This document shows, in pieces, positions 26,336-32,383 of a DNA stretch of 32,383 nucleotides. Under the pieces are notes generated by a model that worked only from the letters and a program-made list of their open reading frames with translations, had not been told where the DNA came from and did not search any database. The stretch covers positions 1 through 32,383 of the forward strand of contig CBFGOD010000001.1 in the NCBI GenBank assembly GCA_965650295.1. Reading direction: 5' to 3'. The translations under genes were made by a program, and so were the position numbers. This stretch comes from an uncultured Shinella sp. (GTDB lineage: Bacteria > Pseudomonadota > Alphaproteobacteria > Rhizobiales > Rhizobiaceae). Numbering within the stretch: position 1 is the first letter of the stretch; the number at the start of each line of letters is the position of its first letter.

Positions 26336-27721
26336 ATGACAAATTGGCAACCCGATCCATCCCAATTGCGCCGTCCGGCCTATCTCTCCCTTGCCGAGCA
26401 GATTGCCCGCGCCATTCAGGAAGGACTTCTGCCCAACGGTACGCGCCTTCTGCCACACCGCAAGCTCGCCGACGACCTTAAACTTTCCGTTCAGACCGTC
26501 AGCCGCGCCTATGACGAGCTGATCCGCCGCGGCCTCATCTCGGGCGAGATCGGCCGCGGCTCCTTCGTGCAGACGCGGCCGAAGGAACCGGAGCCGCCCT
26601 ATTTGCCGGAGCGTCTCGGCGAGCTGGTCGATCTCTCGATCCTCAAGCCCGTTTGCGAGCAGCTTCATCTGGAGCGCATGCGCGAGGCATTCGGCTGGCT
26701 GGCGGAAAACCTGCCGTCGAGCTCGGCGCTCTCCTTCCGTCCAAACATGGTTTTTCCACGCCACAGGATTGTCGCGGCCGAATGGCTGGCGCGCTGCGGC
26801 CTCGATATTTCGCCGCTCAATATCAGCCTCACCAACGGCGCGACGTCGGGCATGACGGTCGCGCTGATGAGCGTGGCGCCGCCCGGCTCCACCGTTGCGA
26901 CGGAGGCGATCAGTCACCACACGCTGGTGCCGCTTTCCACCTATCTCGGCCTGCATCTCGAGGGCTTGCCGATCGATAGGGATGGCATGATCCCCGAGGC
27001 GCTGGACGACGCTTGCCGTAAGGGCGTCATCCGTGCCGTCTTCCTTCAGCCTTCCGTCATCAATCCGACCGCGACGCTGATGAGCGCCGAACGCCGGCAG
27101 GCGCTGGCTGATGTGGCGCGATGCCACGATATCGCGATCATCGAGAACGACATTCTGGGGCCGCTCGTCGAAGGGCGCGCGCCGCCGATTGCCGCCTATG
27201 CGCCGGAGCGGACGCTCTACGTCACGAGTTTCACGAAGATCACGGTGCCGGGCCTGCGCATCGGCTATCTTGCGGCACCCGATCGTTATGTCGCGGCCGT
27301 GGCGAACCGGCACCTCGTTTCCAACTGGATGGCAACGCCTTCGATCGCGGAGATCGCAACCCGCTGGGTCAGCGACGGCACGGCGATGGAGCTGGTCAAT
27401 TGGCAGCGTCGCGCTCTCGCCGTTCGCCACGACATCGCAAAAGAGGCCTTTGCGGGGCTGCCCTACCACACGCATCCGCAGAGCCTGCATGTCTGGTTGC
27501 CGCTGCCGGAGGGGCATACGGAAGAGGGCTTCGTGTCGCAGGCGCGGTTGCGCGGCGTCGCCATTGCGCCCGGCTCCTCCTTCAGGACCTGTGACCAGCA
27601 CTGGCATCCGGCAGTGCGCATCTCGCTGGGATCGACGACGGAGCAGGAACTTCGCACGGGGCTCGGCATTCTGGCATCGCTGGCCAGCGGAAATCCCGAA
27701 GCGCTTCTGCTCGCGATTTGA
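26336..27721 (+). CDS. ehuR: MocR/GabR-type PLP-dependent regulator of ectoine utilisation (EhuR/EnuR)
   Basis: GntR HTH (PAYLSLAEQIARAI..G.L..G.RL.PHR.LA...TVSRAYDEL...GEIGRGSFV) plus an aminotransferase domain with IIEND and SFTK..PGLRIG. Upstream of ehuABCD. Confidence 0.92.
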   Translation: MTNWQPDPSQLRRPAYLSLAEQIARAIQEGLLPNGTRLLPHRKLADDLKLSVQTVSRAYDELIRRGLISGEIGRGSFVQTRPKEPEPPYLPERLGELVDLSILKPVCEQLHLERMREAFGWLAENLPSSSALSFRPNMVFPRHRIVAAEWLARCGLDISPLNISLTNGATSGMTVALMSVAPPGSTVATEAISHHTLVPLSTYLGLHLEGLPIDRDGMIPEALDDACRKGVIRAVFLQPSVINPTATLMSAERRQALADVARCHDIAIIENDILGPLVEGRAPPIAAYAPERTLYVTSFTKITVPGLRIGYLAAPDRYVAAVANRHLVSNWMATPSIAEIATRWVSDGTAMELVNWQRRALAVRHDIAKEAFAGLPYHTHPQSLHVWLPLPEGHTEEGFVSQARLRGVAIAPGSSFRTCDQHWHPAVRISLGSTTEQELRTGLGILASLASGNPEALLLAI

Positions 27722-27779
27722 GAAAATTGCCCGCCAATCGGGCGCCCGAAGAATAATTGTACTGATATTATTATTCGGA

Positions 27780-27808
27780 TTGACATGATTTCTATCGCCG
27801 CGCATCGT
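27780..27808 (+). promoter_or_regulatory. Sigma70-type promoter of the ehu-eut operon
   Basis: TTGACA (27780-27785), 17-nt spacer, CATCGT (27803-27808), 35 nt upstream of the ehuA ATG. Confidence 0.6.
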
Positions 27809-27843
27809 TAGGCCATCACTTGTCTCAACAGGGAGAGACATGC

Positions 27844-28629
27844 ATGGCAGCCCCCATTATCCGCATCGACAACATCACCAAGCGCTACGGTCCTTTGACC
27901 GTGCTCGACGGTCTGTCGATGGAGGTGATGCCGGGCGAAAAGCTTGCGCTCATCGGCCCATCCGGCTCCGGCAAGACGACGATCCTGCGTATTCTGATGA
28001 CGCTGGAAGCCATCAGCGGCGGGCATATCCAGGTCGATGGCGATCAGCTCTACCATATGCCGCGAAACGGAAGCCTCGTGGCGGCGGACGATCGCCACCT
28101 GCACAGGATGCGCGAGAAGATCGGCATGGTCTTCCAGCACTTCAATCTCTTTCCGCACAAATGTGTGCTCCACAATGTCACGCTCGCGCCGATGCTGACG
28201 AAAGGCGTGGCGAAGGCCGCGGCTCAGAAGCGGGCGATGGAGCTTCTCGACATGGTGGGCCTCGCCGACAAGGCGAAGAGCATGCCCGCACAATTGTCCG
28301 GTGGGCAGAAGCAGCGCGTGGCAATCGCCCGCGCGCTGGCGCTCTCGCCGAAGATCATGCTGTTCGACGAGGTGACCTCGGCGCTCGACCCGGAACTGGT
28401 CGAGGAGGTGCTGAACGTCATGCGCAAGCTCGCCGCCGAGACCGATATGACCATGCTGCTGGTGACCCATGAAATGGGCTTCGCCCACGATTTTGCCGAC
28501 CGCATCCTGTTCTTCGACCGCGGCAAGATCGTCGAGGAGGGCAAGCCGGACGAGATTTTCCGCAATCCCAAGCAGGAACGCACGCAGACCTTCCTGCGCA
28601 AGATCATCGCGGCCGGGCACCGCGTCTGA
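27844..28629 (+). CDS. ehuA: Ectoine/hydroxyectoine ABC transporter ATP-binding protein
   Basis: ATG 27844 after GGGAGAGA. Motifs GPSGSGKT, VFQHFNLFPH, LSGGQKQR, LFDEVTSALDPE and VTHEM. Confidence 0.93.
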   Translation: MAAPIIRIDNITKRYGPLTVLDGLSMEVMPGEKLALIGPSGSGKTTILRILMTLEAISGGHIQVDGDQLYHMPRNGSLVAADDRHLHRMREKIGMVFQHFNLFPHKCVLHNVTLAPMLTKGVAKAAAQKRAMELLDMVGLADKAKSMPAQLSGGQKQRVAIARALALSPKIMLFDEVTSALDPELVEEVLNVMRKLAAETDMTMLLVTHEMGFAHDFADRILFFDRGKIVEEGKPDEIFRNPKQERTQTFLRKIIAAGHRV

Positions 28630-28705
28630 GGGGTTTCCCCCGGAAACAAAGCCTCGAGCAACAACCGAAAATAACAACCAGAAACAGCCAGAGGAGTTCG
28701 CAACA

Positions 28706-29557
28706 ATGCGCATAAGGACATTTTTGACCGTGGCGGCCGGCGCAAGCGCGCTGATGGCGGCCGTCGCCACCACGCCGGCTTTCGCCGATGACGGCAAGCT
28801 GGAAGAATTGAAGGCGCAGGGCTTTGCCCGTGTCGCCATCGCCAACGAGCCGCCGTTCACCGCGGTCGCCGCCGACGGCAAGGTCTCGGGTGCGGCTCCC
28901 GATGTCGCCCGCGAAGTGTTCAAACGCCTCGGCGTTACGGACATCGTCGCCTCGATCTCGGAATACGGCGCGATGATTCCCGGCCTTCAGGCCGGCCGTC
29001 ACGACGTCATCACCGCAGGCCTCTTCATGAAGCCCGAGCGTTGCGCGGCCGTCGCCTATTCCGAGCCGATCCTCTGCGATGCCGAAGCCTTTGCGCTCAA
29101 GAAGGGCAATCCGCTGAAGCTCAAGAGCTACAAGGATATTGCCGACAATCCGGATGCGAAGATCGGTGCGCCGGGCGGCGGCACGGAAGAGAAGCTTGCG
29201 CTCGAAGCCGGCGTGCCGCGTGACCGTGTCATCGTTGTGCCGGATGGCCAAAGCGGCCTGAAGATGCTGCAGGATGGTCGCATCGATGCCTATTCGCTGC
29301 CGGTTCTGTCCATCAACGACCTGGTCGCCAAGGCGAACGATCCCGAGATCGAGGTTGTCGCTCCGGTGGAGGGCGCCCCGGTCTATTGCGACGGTGCGGC
29401 CTTCAAGAAGGGCGACGAAGCGCTGCGTGACGCCTTCGACGTGGAGCTTGCCAAGCTCAAGGAGAGCGGTGAGTTCGCCAAGATCATCGAACCCTACGGC
29501 TTCTCCGCCAAGGCTGCGATGTCAACGACGCGCGACAAGCTCTGCGCAGCGAAGTGA
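28706..29557 (+). CDS. ehuB: Ectoine/hydroxyectoine ABC transporter substrate-binding protein
   Basis: ATG 28706 after GAGGAG. Signal peptide ending PAFA-D. Motifs ANEPPF, SEYGAMIPGLQAGR, AGLFMKPERC and GGGTEE. Confidence 0.93.
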   Translation: MRIRTFLTVAAGASALMAAVATTPAFADDGKLEELKAQGFARVAIANEPPFTAVAADGKVSGAAPDVAREVFKRLGVTDIVASISEYGAMIPGLQAGRHDVITAGLFMKPERCAAVAYSEPILCDAEAFALKKGNPLKLKSYKDIADNPDAKIGAPGGGTEEKLALEAGVPRDRVIVVPDGQSGLKMLQDGRIDAYSLPVLSINDLVAKANDPEIEVVAPVEGAPVYCDGAAFKKGDEALRDAFDVELAKLKESGEFAKIIEPYGFSAKAAMSTTRDKLCAAK

Positions 29558-29600
29558 TCGTCTAAGCAAGGATCTGGACGTTTGGATATGAGGCTGCCTT

Positions 29601-29755
29601 ACCCCCCTCTGCCCTGCCGGGCATCTCCCCCACATGGGGGGAGATTGGATGGAGCATTGTTTTGCCCATCTCCAATGTCGCCGATCGAGCGAGACCTCCA
29701 TCTTCTGCCGATCTCCCCCCATGTGGGGGAGATGCCCGGCAGGGCAGAGGGGGGT
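29601..29755. mobile_element. 155-bp MITE/REP-like palindromic intergenic element
   Basis: Perfect 45-bp terminal inverted repeats (29601-29645 / 29711-29755: ACCCCCCTCTGCCCTGCCGGGCATCTCCCCCACATGGGGGGAGAT) with a 65-nt spacer. Flanked on both sides by GCCTT. Confidence 0.8.
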
Positions 29756-29796
29756 GCCTTGCGGTTCGCTCTTGCCACAACGGGATTGCACGCACC

Positions 29797-30456
29797 ATGA
29801 CCGACTGGTCCGGCTATATTGGACTGATCCTGCAAGGCGCGCTCGTGACGCTTGAACTCACCGTCATGGGCTCGGTGCTGGCCGTCGTCATGGCGTTTCT
29901 CGCCGGGCTTGGCCGCGTCAGCCGCTTCATGGCGGTTCGGGCGCTGGCGACGACCTATATCGAGTTCTTTCGCGGTACGTCGATTTTCGTCCAGCTCTTC
30001 TGGGTCTATTTCGTATTGCCGTTTGCCGGCGTCACGCTGTCGCCGCTCCAGGCCGGCGTGCTGGCGCTTGGCCTGAATGTCGGCGCCTATGGGGCGGAGG
30101 TGGTGCGCGGCGCCGTCAAGGCGATCGGCCGCGAGCAGCGCGAGGCCTGCATCGCGCTCAATCTCTCGCGCGGCCAGGCGATGCGTCACGTCATCCTTCC
30201 GCAGGCGCTGCCCTTGATGCTGCCAACCTTCGGCAACAATGCGATCGAGCTGCTGAAGGGCACGGCCGTCGTCTCCCTGATTTCGCTCACGGATATGACG
30301 TTCCAGGCCCAGGTGGTGCGCGCGCAGACCGGCAGCACGCTGATCCCCTTCGCCGTCATCCTCGTGCTCTATTTCCTGATGGCGCTCGCCATTTCCTACG
30401 GAATGCGCTGGCTGGAGCGCAGGGTTACCCGTGGCCTCGATGGTGTGAGGACCTGA
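29797..30456 (+). CDS. ehuC: Ectoine/hydroxyectoine ABC transporter permease
   Basis: MTDWSGYIGLILQGALVT..., YIEFFRGTS..VQLFW and AYGAEVVRGA..AI..EQ.EA..ALN; HisM-type permease. Confidence 0.92.
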   Translation: MTDWSGYIGLILQGALVTLELTVMGSVLAVVMAFLAGLGRVSRFMAVRALATTYIEFFRGTSIFVQLFWVYFVLPFAGVTLSPLQAGVLALGLNVGAYGAEVVRGAVKAIGREQREACIALNLSRGQAMRHVILPQALPLMLPTFGNNAIELLKGTAVVSLISLTDMTFQAQVVRAQTGSTLIPFAVILVLYFLMALAISYGMRWLERRVTRGLDGVRT

Positions 30457-30458
30457 CG

Positions 30459-31121
30459 ATGGAATGGGACTGGAATTTCGTCTGGGAAATCATGCCCACC
30501 CTGCTCGAGGGCCTGAAGATCACCATCCTGGCGACCGTGCTGGGCGCTGCCGTCGCCGCCGTCGTCGGTCTCGTCTTCGCGATCCTGCGCATGACGGCGC
30601 CCAAGCCGGTCGCGAAGGTGACGGGTTTTATCGTGGAGTTCATTCGCGGCACGCCGCTGCTCGTGCAACTGTACTTCATCTTCTATGTGCTGCCGGATAT
30701 CGGCATTCGCCTGCCGGCGCTGCTTGCGGGCGTCATCGGGCTCGGTCTGCACTACGGCACCTATGCGGCGGAGGTCTATCGCGCCGGCATCGAGAACGTG
30801 CCGCGCGGACAGTGGGAGGCGGCAAAGGCAACGAACCTCACGGGACGCCAGACCTGGCTCCATGTGATCCTTCCGCAGGCGATCCCGCCGATGATCCCCG
30901 CACTCGCCAACTATCTGATCGCGATGTTCAAGGAGACACCATTGCTTTCGGCCATCACCGTGCTCGAGCTGATGAACCAGGCGAAGAGCGTCGCCAACAG
31001 CAGCTACCGCTATATCGAGCCGATGACCTTGGTCGGCGTGTTCTTCCTGATCATGAGCCTGATTTCCGTCGTCTTCCTGCGCTGGCTGGAAGAACGTTAC
31101 GCCCGGCTGGAGGAACGCTGA
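30459..31121 (+). CDS. ehuD: Ectoine/hydroxyectoine ABC transporter permease
   Basis: MEWDWNFVWEIMP..., EFIRGTPLLVQLY, AEVYRAGIENVPRGQWEAA and MFKETP. Confidence 0.92.
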   Translation: MEWDWNFVWEIMPTLLEGLKITILATVLGAAVAAVVGLVFAILRMTAPKPVAKVTGFIVEFIRGTPLLVQLYFIFYVLPDIGIRLPALLAGVIGLGLHYGTYAAEVYRAGIENVPRGQWEAAKATNLTGRQTWLHVILPQAIPPMIPALANYLIAMFKETPLLSAITVLELMNQAKSVANSSYRYIEPMTLVGVFFLIMSLISVVFLRWLEERYARLEER

Positions 31122-31897
31122 TGCAGGCGATCGATCTCACACTCGCGTCGCGTGCGCCAAAGCTTGACGATCGTCCGCTGGCAAAACGCGTCGGCTTGAT
31201 CATCCTTGCGACCGATCACACGACGGAGGTGGATTTCCAGCGCGTGGTGGCAAGCGAGCGGATCGGCGTTTATGCCACGCGCATCCCCTATGCCAATCCG
31301 GTGACGCCGGAAAACCTGCGTGCCATGCAGCCTTCGCTAACGGCGGGTGCTGCTCTCATCCTGCCGGACGAGCCGCTCGATGTGGTGATGTATTCCTGCA
31401 CGTCGGCCTCGGTGGTCATCGGCGATGCCGAAGTGAAGGCAGCGGTAAAGGCCGCCAAGCCGACGGCCGCCGTGGTAACGCCAACTGCGGCCGCAGTTTC
31501 CGGCCTCAAGGCCCTCGGCGCGCGGCGCATTTCCGTGCTGACGCCCTACACGCTCGAAACGAGCAGGCCGATGGCCGATTATTTCCTGGCCCTCGGCTTC
31601 GATATCGCCCGCTTCACCTGCCTTGGTCTCACCGACGACCGTGAGATGGCGCGGATTTCCCCCGAAGAAATCATCGCCTTTGCGAGGGAGGCAATGGCAC
31701 CGGACTCCGAAGCGCTCTTCATTTCCTGCACGGCTGTGCGTGCAGCCGGCGTTGCTGCAGCGATCGAAGCTGTCATCGGCAAACCAGTCGTCACCAGCAA
31801 TCTTGCCACAGCCTGGGCCTGCCTCCGCCTTTGCAGCGACGAGGTGTCCCGGCCGGAGCTTGGCCGGCTGATGACGCTTGCCTATGCGGGGCGCTGA
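31121..31897 (+). CDS. eutA: Ectoine utilisation protein EutA (Asp/Glu racemase / maleate isomerase family), 258 aa
   Basis: ATG 31121 overlaps the ehuD TGA. Motifs RVGLIILATDHTTE.DF, YSCTSAS, LTPY, FISCTA and KPVVTSN.A. Confidence 0.92.
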   Translation: MQAIDLTLASRAPKLDDRPLAKRVGLIILATDHTTEVDFQRVVASERIGVYATRIPYANPVTPENLRAMQPSLTAGAALILPDEPLDVVMYSCTSASVVIGDAEVKAAVKAAKPTAAVVTPTAAAVSGLKALGARRISVLTPYTLETSRPMADYFLALGFDIARFTCLGLTDDREMARISPEEIIAFAREAMAPDSEALFISCTAVRAAGVAAAIEAVIGKPVVTSNLATAWACLRLCSDEVSRPELGRLMTLAYAGR

Positions 31898-31900
31898 GCG

Positions 31901-32383
31901 ATGACGAATGCGACCCTTCCCGTGACATTGGCGGACATCGAGCAGGCGGCGCGGCGCATCGATGGCCGCATTCTGCACACGCCCTTGGTCCAGTCCGCAT
32001 CGCTTTCGAAGCACTGTGGCGTGCCGGTGAGCCTGAAGCTCGAACATCACCAGGCGACGGGCAGTTTCAAACTGCGCGGGGCGACGAACGCGGTGCTGTC
32101 GCTTTCGCCCGATGCGCGTGCAAGGGGCGTCGTCGCCGCATCGACGGGCAACCACGGCCGGGCGCTGGCGCATGCCGCCAAGGCGGAGGGATGCGTTGCG
32201 ACGATCTGCATGTCCCGGCTCGTGCCGGATAACAAGGTATCCGAAATCCGTCGGCTCGGCGCCAATGTCCATATCGTCGGCAAGTCGCAGGACGACGCAC
32301 AGGTCGAGGTGGAGCGGCTGGTTTCCGAAGACGGGCTCGTGATGGTGCCGCCCTTCGACAATGCGGCGGTGGTTGCAGGACAG
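31901..32383 (+). CDS. eutB: Hydroxyectoine utilisation dehydratase EutB (threonine dehydratase-like, PLP), partial
   Basis: Manual translation: MTNATLPVTLADIEQAARRIDGRILHTPLVQS...SLKLEHHQATGSFKLRGATNA...AASTGNHGRALA...VPPFDNAAVVAGQ. Open to the right edge and absent from the ORF track. Confidence 0.92.
   Translation, partial: MTNATLPVTLADIEQAARRIDGRILHTPLVQSASLSKHCGVPVSLKLEHHQATGSFKLRGATNAVLSLSPDARARGVVAASTGNHGRALAHAAKAEGCVATICMSRLVPDNKVSEIRRLGANVHIVGKSQDDAQVEVERLVSEDGLVMVPPFDNAAVVAGQ

Noticed and set aside
26303..27841. 512-aa minus-strand ORF
   Set aside because: Antisense shadow of ehuR.
29522..29855. Small ORFs on both strands sharing 'PPLPCRASPPHGGR' / 'SPPMWGRCPAGQRG' peptides
   Set aside because: Translations of the palindromic repeat arms, not genes.
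30464..31120. Apparent 219-aa N-terminal extension of EutA (477-aa ORF)
   Set aside because: Off-frame overlap with ehuD and Arg/Gly-rich nonsense; the real start is ATG 31121, coupled to the ehuD stop.

Overview
GC-rich alphaproteobacterial (Rhizobiaceae-like) window with five blocks. (1) 1-5.4 kb: two divergently transcribed RTX/hemolysin-type Ca-binding proteins; the left one is cut by the window edge and missing from the ORF track. (2) 5.5-10.7 kb: a hypothetical membrane protein and an AfuABC/FbpABC-like ABC transporter preceded by a likely Pho box. (3) 10.7-12.7 kb: a small basic lipoprotein followed by an exported caspase-family (C14) protease with Sel1 repeats. (4) 13.0-20.4 kb, the most unusual part: two convergent operons, each built on the same duplicated pair (unknown ~150-aa protein + MurG/GT28-like glycosyltransferase). 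One arm adds a heparinase II/III-like protein; the other adds a GT4 domain and an N-terminal-twitch radical SAM enzyme. This is a candidate uncharacterised glycan synthesis/tailoring system. (5) 20.5-32.4 kb: a YkuD-family gene and D-aminopeptidase, then the known ectoine/hydroxyectoine catabolic cluster (doeD-doeC-doeX <> ehuR-ehuABCD-eutA-eutB'), with a 155-bp MITE-like palindromic element between ehuB and ehuC. No rRNA, tRNA, CRISPR array or transposase was seen. All family calls are by eye from motifs; no database search was run.
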